Of a stretch of DNA of 64,000 nt, positions 13,462 through 26,206 are shown one piece after another. Position 1 is the stretch's first letter. Every line of letters begins with the position of its first letter. The notes beneath the pieces are model-generated. The model was not told where the DNA came from, made no database searches, and saw only the letters and a program-made list of their open reading frames with translations. The DNA comes from Octopus vulgaris (Eukaryota): positions 51,026,001-51,090,000 of the forward strand of contig OX597829.1 of assembly GCA_951406725.2 (NCBI GenBank), written 5' to 3'. The translations under genes and the position numbers were made by a program.

Positions 13462-15081
13462 TGTATACACACACATGCGCGCGCGTGCACATACAGTATC
13501 ATGAGTATATATATGTATTTGTTCAATAATAATAATGATGGTATATAATTTGTAGTTTTATTGTTGAACCGTTATTACATTATCTTTGTTGTTGTTGTTA
13601 TGCTTTATTGCTCTTTTTGTTGTATTTATGCATTATCACTGTTACCAGCATCAACATTATTACTGTCGTCATCATCATCCTCATCATCACCATCGTCATT
13701 GTCTATATATATATATTCATATATATATATATATTCACATGCAAGTACAAACATTTACACACACACACACACACACACGCATACGCACACTCACAAAACA
13801 TTGCATTATGCATCTTCGCCCCGTTCTTGTGTATGTATATGTGCATGCACGCATTTGCGCTGCGCGCTCTCGTGCGTGTGCGTGGAACGAACTGTTGATG
13901 TTGAGTGCTTTCCTTGCTGCTACCAGCAAGAAATCATCATCATCATCACCATCATCATCATCGTCGTCATCATCATCATGGTACAGTTCTTTGTTATCGT
14001 TGTTGTTATCACCCTTGTTATTATAGTTGCAATTATATATATACGTACGACTGTTTCACGCGCTATTTACTTTCTATATATCCTCGCTTTCACTTACTAT
14101 GTCGTCATTTTCATTAACACCTTTATACATACATGCATACATACATATATACACATATGTAAAACGTATACATTCACACACACATACACACACACACACA
14201 TACACACTTATATATCACTTATGCACAAGCATACACACACGTGTGTATTGTGTTCGAAATATGTTTCTAGTTTTTTTTATAATTATTATTTTATTGGTAC
14301 TTTTTCTTATTTTTCTCTTAATTACTATTTCTTTATTTATTTATATGATTTCTTTATAATAATAATAATAATGATGATAATAATTTCTTTATTTTTCTTT
14401 TAATTATGCAAACATTAATGATGTTATTGTTGTTTGATTCAGAGGTCATCTCTGATCAAGCAGATTCAATATTATAAAAAAAATGTTGTTTGATCCAATC
14501 ACGACCATCCTGCTCGATTTATTTATTTATTTATATACTTATATTTCTTTTCTTTTTTTAAAAAAAAGAGTGTATTACTGTATTATCTCAACGTGTCCTT
14601 CACTACTTAAAAAAACAGCAGTGTTGTGTTGTGTTGATTTCACTGCTGTCTATTTCTAGCAGATCGGTCGATCGTCCGCATAAAGGCTCTCTCGCTGATG
14701 GTTATGATGGTGGTGGTGGTGGTGGTGGATATGGCGACGGTTGTTGTGGTGGCGGCGGCGGGGGTGATGGTGGTGGTGGTGGTGGTACTGACGATGATGA
14801 TAATGGAGTTAAATGTTGGTACATCCACGATATATGCTTAGTACAATCTTGGATGTTGCTACGATTTATCTACCAACACGCGACATACTCTTGCAGATAG
14901 TGCTGCTGCTGCTGTTGTTGTTGATGTTGTTGATGATGTCGATGATGATGGTGATGATGATATGTTGTTTGTTATGTGGAAATTACTGGTTGCCATTAGC
15001 CTCAAATAACTAGCACAGGTGTATGGCGAAAATACAGCTGTTTAGCAAACATACCACATATGTATGCATACACACACACAG

Positions 15082-15119
<38 letters not shown>

Positions 15120-15831
15120 ACATATATATATATGTGTATATGTGTGCATACATCAATAATCTATGCTTGCATGTATGTGCATACATACGTGCACGTTTAT
15201 AACAGATGCATTATAAATCATAAATATAAACACGCATATGTTTGTGTGTGTGTGTGTGTGTGTGTGGAATAAAATCAAAACGAAAAATGACTATATTTAA
15301 ATACACACATCAAGAGGTGTAGATATGTACACACACACACACACACACACACACAAATATACATGTAACTGAGTGTATGTTTTATACATATAAATTATAT
15401 CTGTTTATGCGTATATATATATATTTGCATGTATGCATGCGTTTATATATATATTTGTGCGTATGCATAAGATGTGTGCACATATGTGCATATACACATA
15501 TGTGTATGTGAGTTTGTGTGTATGCGTGTTGTTGTATGTTGCATGCACGCAGACTTTGGGGCACACGCGCGCACTCACTCGTTCGACGGAATGTCTCTAC
15601 CGAACGACAACACAGCAATCCTTTCAACCAACATAAATCTATAACGTAACGACTAGAGTAGATGGTGCATGCAGGCATGTCTGCGTGTCTCCCACATACA
15701 CAACTTGCTCTTGTGTGTGGTGAATTACACGTGTGATATATTAATTCTAATAATAGTAAATTTTCGAAGGTTTCTTTCTCGGCATTTTGTTTAGTAATAT
15801 AATTTCTTATATTTTGTGATACATCTTACTA

Positions 15832-16555
15832 CACAAGTGTGTCCCATTGACTTTGTTTCCTCATAACTTCCAGAAAAATGGATTTTTTTTTTTTAATGGA
15901 ATTTATCTACAAATATGCTTCCGAAGGTGTAGATTCCGATTATTTCGGAATTTGTTATGAAAGTTCTTTTCCAAGGGTGAGGAGAAGATTTTCGGAAAAT
16001 TCTCATAAGTTGGATTTTGTTTCCTCACAACTTTCTGAAAATGGATATTTCTATTTGAGAAATTTTCTACAAATACCGTTCTGATGATGCATATTGCGAT
16101 TATATCGGGATTTTAATATGAAGAAATTTAAAAATTGGCGGACTCGCACATACATATTGACATATGTCAAAAACTTGAAATTTCGAGAAAAATTGTAATG
16201 TGTGTCAATAATGTATAGGTACAAGCATACTATTTTGTTGTTATTGTTGTTTTTTACGTATTGAATTCAAACGTAATCGTAGTCTACACAATCTGAAAGA
16301 TATTTGTCAAAAATATCACACACACACACACACAAAAAACAAAATTAATTTTCGTAAAGTTGTGAGGAAACAAAGTCGACTTTAATGAATTTTCAAAAAC
16401 TCCCCTCTTTACCCTCGGAAAAAAGAATTATAAGAAATTCTGATATAATTGGAATTTGCAATATCTGAAGCATATTTGTAAAAATATTTCATTTTAAAAA
16501 AATATCCATTTTTCTGAAAGTTATGAGGAAACAAATTCGGTAGGACACACTTGTG
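15832..16555. mobile_element. Tc1/mariner-type non-autonomous element with long IR/DR termini
   Basis: Perfect inverted ends ctacacaagtgtgtcc (15829) / ggacacacttgtgtag (16558), TA on both flanks. The IRs are ~200 bp and each contains two copies of tttgtttcctcaYaactt. Confidence 0.85.
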
Positions 16556-17300
16556 TAGGTGTGCCGTTATTGTTGTCATCATTGTTATTATTGTAACAAT
16601 AATTAGCAGAAATGGTTAGAACATCAGGGTGGGGGGAGATGATGGAGAACAGGAAATCCTTATGAAATTTGTTGGAGATCAAATGTCTCTGCAGCTGGTA
16701 GGACCGGATTCACGTCAACAAGTAATGGCCTACTTGACTTTATCCGGGTAATATGGTCCGTAGATGAACGTTGCCTATCCAATGTCCGAGTTCTGCTGTA
16801 GCAAGGCGAACCTCGCGGCAGAGACTCCTCCCCAAGCATTTCAGGAGACCAGCATTTATGTCCTCCTACAGTTCTTGTCATGCGTTATCAACAATGTCCG
16901 GCAAGAGAAGATAACCCTCCCTATCTACGAAAATTCGCAGAGCTTCTCGGAATATAACAAAAACGCTTCTACCCATCTCTGAGTTTAGAACGTAGTCGCT
17001 TAGGTGTAAGGTGGAGGTCGACGATTTCTGTTGCTACGTCGAAGTTCTGCTACCACTCGCTGATTGACATCTGCTAATACATTTGTAGGTTATGTTTTGG
17101 TTTCCTGTTGATGGTTCGTGATCGACAGGCCCAGATCCGCTTCGTCGATATAACTATCGTACTCCTCTATCTTTCTTCCTTTGGGGCACACACATGCTGG
17201 TCTGTCCGGGAGGCGTCTCTACTCGAGTGCATCGCGGGTGAGTTTCTGATTGGCCTGTTCCCTTGCGATCATCGAGCCTTTGTTTTCAGTTACTGTAAAG

Positions 17301-17499
17301 CAGTGGTTTTCAACCAGGGTTCCGCCAGTACAGTCCAGGGATTCCGCAAGAAGTTACAAAACTGCTAAAATCAGTAATTTTTAATTCTCCTGTGCAGATA
17401 TGTGTGCATAAAACTATTAAATTATTGCACAGGGGTTTCCTCGAACCAGTGGAATGTTTCCTTGGGGTTCCGCTCCAGCAAAAAGTTTGAAAAGCACTG
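17301..17499. mobile_element. hAT MITE inserted in the Gypsy integrase
   Basis: TIRs cagtggttttcaacc / gtttgaaaagcactg; perfect 8-bp TSD ctgtaaag at 17293-17300 and 17500-17507. Confidence 0.92.
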
Positions 17500-18053
17500 C
17501 TGTAAAGTGTCGAACCAGTCGTTGACTTACTCTGTTTTACGAACACCTGGTAACCCGCAAGTATCTGATGCTCAGTGACATGGTTCCGATTATCAAAGTT
17601 TTTTTTTTTTCTCTCTTTCTGTTTGGCAGCTTGATCACGCTGTATGATCTGATTGTACATTGCACCTGTTGATGCTGATTTCGTGTGAGGTATCTTGATT
17701 GATATTGTACGATTAAACAAGCTTTCAGCTAGGCTGATAGCTGTCGAATTGCGTGCAGTTGCACGTTAATTCAGTCTACGGTCTGTGTCTGGGATCGAGT
17801 ACCTCAGTGTGGGCTATGTTCAACTTCCGCATAGTTTTCTGCAAGTCCATTGCTCTTAAGGTGTTCTGACTCAATTCGCCTGTGCATGAAACCTTGTCAT
17901 TTAGCACATTTCCCTAATTCCTCTGACTGGAAAGGAGTTTCATTATCCCCTTTTATCACCCCAGGAATACCATGGGCACATAACATTCTATGAAGATTCG
18001 GAATCAATTAATCCACCGAGGGTCGTTGTGACAGTTTCTACTTCAGGGAAACC

Positions 18054-18285
18054 TGTTTCTTTATTACCCACAAGGGGCTAAACACAGAGGGGACAAACAA
18101 AGACAGACATAGGTATTAAGTCGATTACATCGACCCCAGTGCGTAACTGGTACTTAATTTATCGACCCCGAAAGGATGAAAGGTAAAGTCGACCTCGGCA
18201 GAATTTGAATTCACAACGTAACGCAGACGAAATGCCGCTAAGCATTTCGCCCGACGTGCTAACGTTTCTGCCAGCTCGCCGCCTT
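18054..18285 (-). mobile_element. SINE B, full length, inserted in the Gypsy integrase
   Basis: TSD tcagggaaacc at 18043-18053 and 18286-18296; removing the SINE restores the ...YNGFPEVE... frame. Confidence 0.92.
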
Positions 18286-18759
18286 TCAGGGAAACCGTTG
18301 TATTCATCTACCCGAAAGAAAAACTTGAATTTTCTCCAATAGGTCCTTTAAAGTCCATGCACAAATTCTGTCACGGCCTTTCTGGAAATGAGTTTGGTTT
18401 CAGTGGTTCGTAGTGATAATGAAAAGTTGCAACTAGACAAGCTTTACAGCTTCTGACAAATTCTTCGGCCATTTTGTCCACATTGGGAAACCAAACTCTG
18501 CTTCATAGCTTTTGTTTTGTTTTTGTCAGATTGTTATGTATAGTTTGGGTTCTAATGGGATAGACAACCAAATGAAAACCATTGTTATTGTTACGTGTTT
18601 ATTTTCTATTCATGATACACGGACGACGACATTCAGCGTAGTAATACATTATATACTTTACACACAGTTTGTACTATTCACTAACAAAATAGTGCCAAGA
18701 GTGGGGATGCACGTATACACAGATATGAATGTGTAACAGATTCTTGTGCCTTTCATGGG

Positions 18760-19285
18760 CAACAGCAATAACACCGGCTTGTAAGCTTCTCAGGGATAAC
18801 AAGACATGGGCCTCTGAGAAGTAGTGATTTAGCGATTGCCAATTCTGCAAAAATGTTGTATTGCCTGCTTTTTAATTCTTTTGAATATTTAAACAAGTCA
18901 AGTGAAAAATGTTTGGAAGAACCCTTCTGCTTTATGAACTCGCAGCCGGATGTTTTATCGAAAAAAAAAAAAAAAAACATCATGGTGACGATTTCCAAAG
19001 TTTGAAGCTTTTTGATGTCTTGGACCTGCGTATAGATATCGATAAACGTTTTCGAAGTGTAACAAAAAAAAATATTCCTCTTACTCTTTTACTTATTTCA
19101 GTCATTTGACTGCGGCCATGCTGGAGCGCCGCCTTTAATTGAGCAACTCGACCCCGGGACTTATTCTTTTGTAAGCCCAGTACTTATTCTATCGGTCTCT
19201 TTTGCCGAACCGCTAAGTGACGGGGACATAAACACACCAGCATCGGTTGTCAAGCAATGCTAGGGAGACAAACACAGACACACAA

Positions 19286-19316
<31 letters not shown>

Positions 19317-19930
19317 CATATATACGACGGGCTTCTTTCAGTTTCCGTCTACCAAATCCACTCACAAGGCTTTGGTCGGGCCGAGGCTATAGTAGAAGAA
19401 ACTTGCCCAAGGTGCCACGCAGTGGGACTGAACCCGGAACCATGTGGTTGGTAAACAAGCTACTTACAACACAGCCACTGGATTTCCCATTGAAAAGTAT
19501 AACAATTGTATAATCAAATGGTTGCATGAGCACTAAGGATACAGATATACAGCAGTTCTGTGATATAATTAAAGAACTCGAAAATGAAATTTACGGATGC
19601 AGAGAGAAGTTTAAAAATATGTCCCAAAACGACGCGACTGAGGGGTCGCAGCAAATGCTACAAACTACTTTATCGAGTGTATCTGTGTGCAAGTGTTAGT
19701 TCCCAAGAAACTTCTTCCGCAGAAAATGGCTTCTGATCCAGTCTCAAGTATCAGTGAAAAACGATCGTTTTTCTGCGTGTTAACACAGTCACAGAATAAC
19801 GAAGCATCTCCCGTTCAATTTGTAAACGAAAGTGAGGCGTTTAGTAAGAAGACTTTTTTTATTGCCACACAACCAAGAAGTTATCTAAACATGCATCGAG
19901 AATTCGCAATTTATGGCTACTTTTACTGAG
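18760..19930 (+). pseudogene. Heavily decayed hAT transposase C-terminal half
   Basis: PVSSISEKRSF(S) matches the hAT dimerisation motif P-x-S-S-x-x-x-E-R-x-F-S and is followed by LNMHRE. Upstream LFDVLDLRIDIDKRF and IIKELENEIY also fit. Interrupted by a SINE A. Confidence 0.55.
19078..19478 (-). mobile_element. SINE A, young CpG-rich copy
   Basis: Near-consensus; box A tggctgtgt(t)g and box B ggttcagtcc on the minus strand. Confidence 0.9.
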
Positions 19931-19945
19931 GGTAGTAAATGCGAT

Positions 19946-19960
19946 GTTAATAATAATAAC

Positions 19961-19992
<32 letters not shown>

Positions 19993-20143
19993 TGATGATA
20001 ATAATAAATGCAATGATGATGATGATGATAATAATAAATGCAATGATGATGATGATGATAATAGTAATAATAATGATAATAATAATAGTAATAGTAATAA
20101 TAATAATAGTAATAATAATAATAGTAATAGTAATAATAATGAT
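19946..20143. repeat. (AAT)n/(GAT)n microsatellite
   Basis: Seen directly. Confidence 0.95.
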
Positions 20144-20224
20144 CTTTTTTAGTTACCTAGAAATTATGTTACAAACTGCCGTTCAAACCGAAAAGATCCA
20201 ATAATAATAATAATGAATAATAAC

Positions 20225-20485
20225 GATAATCCTTTCTACAGGAGGCATAAGGCCTGAAATTGGTGGGGTGGGAGTGAGTCGATTCCATCGTTTCACTGGT
20301 ACTTAATTTATCGATCCCGAAAGGATGAAAGGCAAAGATGACTTCGGCGGAAATAGTCCTTTCTATAATAGGCACAAGGCCTGAAATTTGGAGGCGGGGG
20401 ATTGTTGATTACATTAACCCCCAGTACTCGACTGGTACTTATTTTATCGATCCCGAAAAGATGAAAGGCAAAGTCGACCTCGGTG
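20225..20485 (-). mobile_element. SINE B-related 3' fragments (two)
   Basis: ctggtacttaatttatcgatcccgaaaggatgaaaggcaaag seen twice. Confidence 0.75.
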
Positions 20486-20835
20486 AATAATAAATTTAAT
20501 ACGAACCACTAACAATATCGAACATTTGATTGCTGAAATGTCTTTTTAGCTTGTAGGAGAGGATTCACGTCAACGAGTAATGTCCAACTAGACTGCTAAC
20601 CGTATAATATCGTCCATAGAAGAAGGGATACTACAATGTGTTATACTACAGGAACCTCATGGCAGAGACTCCTTCCCACGCATTCCAGAAGACCATTATT
20701 AAAATCCTCCCCCAGTTCCTATCAATAAAAACCCGTAGCGCATTTCAGAGTAAATATCGCATAAGTTCTTTTCGTTTTGAGGTCGACTTTCAATTTCTTC
20801 CTTCAGTGAGGTTCGTAAAAAAAAAGTACATTATA

Positions 20836-21000
20836 GATGCAGGAGTGGCTGTGTGGTAAGTAGCTTGCTTACCAACCACATCGTTCCGGGTTCAGTCCCA
20901 CTGCGTGGCATCTTGGGCAAGTGTCTTCTGCTATAGCCCCGGGCCGGCCAATGCCTTGTGAGTGGATTTGATAGACGGAAACTGAAAGAAGCCTGTCGTT

Positions 21001-21058
<58 letters not shown>

Positions 21059-21275
21059 GTGTGTGTGTGTTTGTGTTTGTCCCCCTAGCATTGTTTGACA
21101 ACCGATGCTGTTGTGTTTACATCCCCGTTACTTAGCGGTTCGGCAAAAGGGACCGATAGAATAAGTACTGGGCTTACAAAAAGAATAAGTCCCGGGGTCG
21201 AGTTGCTCGACTAAAGGCGGTGCTCCAGCATGACCGCAGTCAAATGACTGAAAAGAGTAAAAGAGTAAGAGAGAG
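20836..21275 (+). mobile_element. SINE A, full length
   Basis: ggagtggctgtgtggtaag...ggttcagtccc head, central (TA)/(TG) tract, ...aaagagtaa tail. Confidence 0.9.
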
Positions 21276-21411
21276 AGTATTAGTCAAATGCTTGAGTCTC
21301 TATTTGATCAACTAACTCCACACAGCCCACAGCATTTCTAACCTTCTGTTTTAAGTAAGAAACTGTTATTATTACATAACGATTTGGATTCGCAAAGATT
21401 CATTTGATTCG

Positions 21412-21732
21412 TTTGTGTTTGTCCCCCTAGCATTGTTTGACAACCGATGCTGTTGTGTTTACATCCCCGTTACTTAGCGGTTCGGCAAAAGAGACCGATA
21501 GAATAAGTACTGGGCTTACAAAGAATAAGTCCTGGGGTCGAGTTGCTCGACTAAAGGCGGTGCTCCAGCATGACCGCAGTCAAATGACTGAAAAGAGTAA
21601 GAGAGAGAGTATTAGTCAAATGCTAGAGTCTCTATTTGATCAACTAACTCCACACAGCCCACCACATTTATAACCTTCTGTCTAAGTAAGAAACTGTTAT
21701 TATTACATAACGATTTGGATTCGCAAAGATTC
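21412..21732 (+). repeat. Tandem duplicate of 21070-21400 (SINE A 3' half plus flank)
   Basis: Near-identical, including the non-SINE flank tattagtcaaatgct...cgcaaagattc. Confidence 0.9.
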
Positions 21733-22148
21733 CCTTGAAACTATAAATAAAACACTTTTATGTTTTCCCTTGAAATTCCACCTGCGTTTCCTTTGCTTAT
21801 TTTCATACTTCCGGTTTCGATGTATCAATACACTATGGATTCTCAACCTTTTTTTTTTTTTTTTTTTGCCTATGGACCCCTTTGATTACTATTTTATTTT
21901 GGTGGACCCCACAGTCATTTGATGCTTAATAACTAGTTTTATAGATAATTTTTTCAAAATCCCTATTTTGTTTTTTTACGCGTTCACTTGTGTAGGGTTG
22001 TTGCAATTATACTCTCTGAGAAAACATGTTTCAGCGGCTGGGAATATGCTAAACCATGTCGAACGTTAGAAAAAGAGAAACCCAGTTGTTTCTTGCAATA
22101 AATACACCTGAAAATAATTTTTTCATGGATCTTTAAAATATTATTTTG

Positions 22149-22316
22149 GAGGCGCAGGAGTGGCTGTGTGTTAAGTAGTTTGCTTACCAACCACATGGTT
22201 CCGGGTTCAGTCCCACTGCGTGGCACTTTGGGCAAGTGTCTTCTGCTATAGCCTCGGGCCGACCAATGCCTTGTGAGTGGATTTGGTAGACGGAAACTGA
22301 AAGAAGCCTGTCGTAT

Positions 22317-22370
<54 letters not shown>

Positions 22371-22579
22371 TGTGTGTGTTTGTGTGTCTGTGTTTGTCTC
22401 CCTAGCTTTGCTTGACAACCGATGCTGGTGTGTGTTTACGTCCCCGTCACTTTGCGGTTCGGCAAAAGAGACCGATAGAATAAGTACTGGGCTTACAAAA
22501 AGAATAAGTCCCGAGGTCTTATTCTTATTATAAGCATGGCCGCAGTCAAATGACTGAAACAAGTAAAAGAGTAAAAGAG
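22149..22579 (+). mobile_element. SINE A, nearly full length
   Basis: Family consensus with a short 3' internal deletion. Confidence 0.9.
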
Positions 22580-23075
22580 TATCTGTCTTTACTGTTTTGC
22601 TGTGGGTCCACGTTTCTAACTCAATGTTAACCTCTTCCTTGATACTCCCCAAATCCCCGCGCGCCCCACCGCCCGCCACTACCCACATGGGTTTCATGTT
22701 TCTTCTAGTATTTCGTTTCTCTACGTTATCCTTCGACATTGCGGGGTCCTTGCGAACGACAAATGAGAAAGATAACATAGCAGAATCGGTAAACATTTCC
22801 CTTGTGGCATTTTTTGTCCCAGCTACTTTATTTACGTTCTGAGAATCCAAAACCTGCCGAGGTCAATCAACTTTTGCATTTCATCTGAACAGACTCGATG
22901 AAATATAAAGTACCAGTTAAATACTAGGGTCTGACTTCTATATAATAAAACATTCTATATAGTCAAATATTCGTGTTCCCTTTGTATCTCAATTGTTAGG
23001 TAGATATCATTATTATCGTTTTTTAGTATGAAGTGATGGGGCCCGCACTCGTAACCCTCGAAATCAGTCTGATTG

Positions 23076-23596
<521 letters not shown>

Positions 23597-23820
23597 AACA
23601 TCAACACGCCTTATTTAGGCTCGTTGCCTCTTAAGGTCAAAACATTCTTTTAAACAAACGCCCCCCTCCCCCCCTCTGAGAACATAAACAAACCGTTCCT
23701 GCAAAATTTCGGTTCTTATTCTCAACTGTTGATAATTTTATACTCACAAACATATAAACACACGTATTTGCATTGTATATATATATACTACATACAAATA
23801 CGCGCGCGCGCGTGTATATA

Positions 23821-23856
<36 letters not shown>

Positions 23857-24118
23857 TGTGTAGATGGGATATTCTTAGTTACAAAATCTCTAATAATAGG
23901 CGCAGGCGTGGTTGTATGCTTGAGAACCTTGCTTCCCAGTGGTCTTGGGTTCAGTCCCCCATTGCGCGGTACCTCGGGCAAAGTGTCTTCTACTATTAAA
24001 CCCCGAGGTCCCCGGGACGATCAAAGCCATGTGAGTGGATTCTAGTAGATGGAAACTGAAAGAAGCCACTCGTGTGCACGTGTGCGCACACACACACACA
24101 TATATATATATATAATAT

Positions 24119-24228
<110 letters not shown>

Positions 24229-24342
24229 CCCAAAAAAAAACGGAGTAAAATACACAAAAAAACAGGTCGGTGGTACATGCAAAGTATTAATAAGACGCCC
24301 AGGGAAGGAAAGGAACGACAGGCTTCTTTCAGTTTCCTCCGT

Positions 24343-24379
<37 letters not shown>

Positions 24380-24499
24380 CGGATAAGTATGTGTGTGTTA
24401 TGTTTAACAAGAAATGTCGCTAAGCATCTTCTTTCTTTTTGCGGCTCGGTAACGAGTGTAGCAGCTCGCCGCTTTAAAGTACTCTGTGCATATTGATTT

Positions 24500-24889
24500 C
24501 AGTTTTTGGCACAAGGCCAGCAAGTTCGGGGTGGGTGGGGGGAGTAAGTCGATTACATCGACTCCATGGCTCAACAAGTACTCATTTTATCGACCTTGAA
24601 AGAATTTGAACTCAGTCCGTCTTTGCGGACGAAATACCTATTTCTTTACTAACCACAAGGGGCTAAGCACAGAGGGGGACAAACAAGGACAGACATAGGT
24701 ATTAAGTCGATTACATCGACCCCAGTGCTTAACTGGTACTTAATTTATCGACCCCGAAAGGATGAAAGGCAAAGTCGACCTCAGCGGAATTTGAACTCAC
24801 AACGTAACGGCAGACGAAATACCGCTAAGCATTTTGCCCAGCGTGCTAACGTTTCTGCCACCTCGCCGCCTTCGGACGAAATACCGCTA
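24500..24889 (-). mobile_element. Young SINE B (24639-24872) nested in an older SINE B
   Basis: TSD cggacgaaatacc at 24626 and 24873. Confidence 0.85.
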
Positions 24890-25372
24890 GTCCACTGTCA
24901 TCTCAACTCGAACTAAACTCCGTTTATTTAGTTCAAGCGTAAAATCTGTTCTTTTGTATGGCTCTGAAACATGGAGAGCCACCTGCAGCGACTACAAGAA
25001 GGTCCAGACCTTTATCAACAAATGTCTCTGGCAGATCCTCCATCTGAAGTGGTTCGACAGAGTGCCAAACACCGACCTGTGGGAAAGGGCCAACATACAT
25101 CTTCAGATTAGACGAAGGAAATGGAGATGGATCGGACACACACTGCGGAAAGAACTCTCAAATGTGACACGACAAGCACTTGACTGGAACCCGCAGAAGA
25201 AAAGGAAGCGAGGACGCCCGAAGCAGACATGGAAGCGGAGCATTTTGGACGAGCTCAGGACCACCGGCCTCACATGGGAAGCAGCCAAGAGACACACCAA
25301 TGACTGCAAAAAGTGGAAAACAACTGTTGAGGCCCTATGCTCCACAAGGGGCAAAAAGGATTAAGAAGAAGA
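24890..25372 (+). mobile_element. RTE-1-type LINE, 5'-truncated 3' end (second RTE family)
   Basis: Open frame STRTKLRLFSSSVKSVLLYGSETW...QIRRRKWRWIGHTLRK...ALDWNPQKKRKRGRPKQTWKRS...VEALCSTRGKKD*, followed by an (AAG)n tail. Confidence 0.92.
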
Positions 25373-25741
25373 ATTTGCCCGGCATGCTAATGGTTCTGTA
25401 GACTATACATATTAAGATGTAGAATTTAAATGAATTTTTACCTGGGCTGTTAAATTAATCCTATTAGGGAGCTCATGAAATGGATGCTCCCAGCTGTTGG
25501 GCAAATAGTGAAAAGGTGACATATATATATCTGCATGCGTGTATATTTTTGTGTAGATAAGTAAAAATGAAACGAAAATAAGCTAAAGGAAATTACAGGG
25601 GTGGGCCAACGGTATGTTTATGAACAACAAAGACGGATAATGGTATTTTCAATAACATACGTTATAAATTTCTCATTTGCGGAAATTAATCTCTGCTTTT
25701 TGGGACGGTAGAAAATCGTTTCGGTGGCAATTGGTATCATC

Positions 25742-25970
25742 GGCGAGCTGGCAGAAACGTTAGCATGCCGGGCGAAATGCTTAGCGGTATTTCGTCCGCG
25801 TTACGTTGTGAGTTCAAATTCCGCCGAGGTCGACTTTACCTTTCATCCCTTCGGGGTCGATTAAATTAAGTACCAGTTACGCACTGGGGTCGATGTAATC
25901 GACTTAATACCTATGTCTGTCATTGTTTGTCCCCCTCTGTGTTTAGCCCCTTGTGGGTAGTAAAGAAATA
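25742..25970 (+). mobile_element. SINE B, full length
   Basis: TSD ggtatcatcgg at 25733 and 25971. Confidence 0.9.
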
Positions 25971-26161
25971 GGTATCATCGGAAAATGAGGAGGAGATAAT
26001 CTCAGAAATCAAGAGATTCGTGTTTGATCAAATGCCTTCCACTGGCTGCTCTAAGTTCTTTCTTTTCTTATTTCATTTCTGCTTCGGGCCATACGTTTCC
26101 ACCCCCATCCACATTATAAACCCGCGTGTCTAGATCTGTTGGATTTAAAATATAACAACTC

Positions 26162-26206
26162 CTATACCGATGATGTCGATTGAGGTCGAAACGCACATAT
26201 CAATAG
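26162..26206 (+). ncRNA. Decayed hammerhead-like motif
   Basis: ctata CCGATGA tgtcgattgaggtc GAAAC gcacat ATC aatag; helix I ctat/atag; stems II and III are imperfect. Confidence 0.35.

Larger units (their letters stand above)
17190..18525 (-). pseudogene. Ty3/Gypsy LTR-retrotransposon integrase remnant
   Basis: Minus-strand translation: KTKQKL*SRVWFPNVDKMAEEFVRSCKAC...PERP*QNLCMDFKGP...VDEYNGFPEVETV...HGIPGVIKGDNETPFQSEE...HLKSNGLAEN...LFNRTISIK...YQVFVKQ...FTVTENKGSMI. This is the Zn-finger CxxC, DDE core and C-terminal part, with stops and frameshifts. Confidence 0.9.

Noticed and set aside
14640-15000. Pro/Gln/His/Gly-rich low-complexity stretch as a coding exon
   Set aside because: Stops in all three minus-strand frames, only short plus-strand ORFs and no recognisable domain; at most UTR-like.
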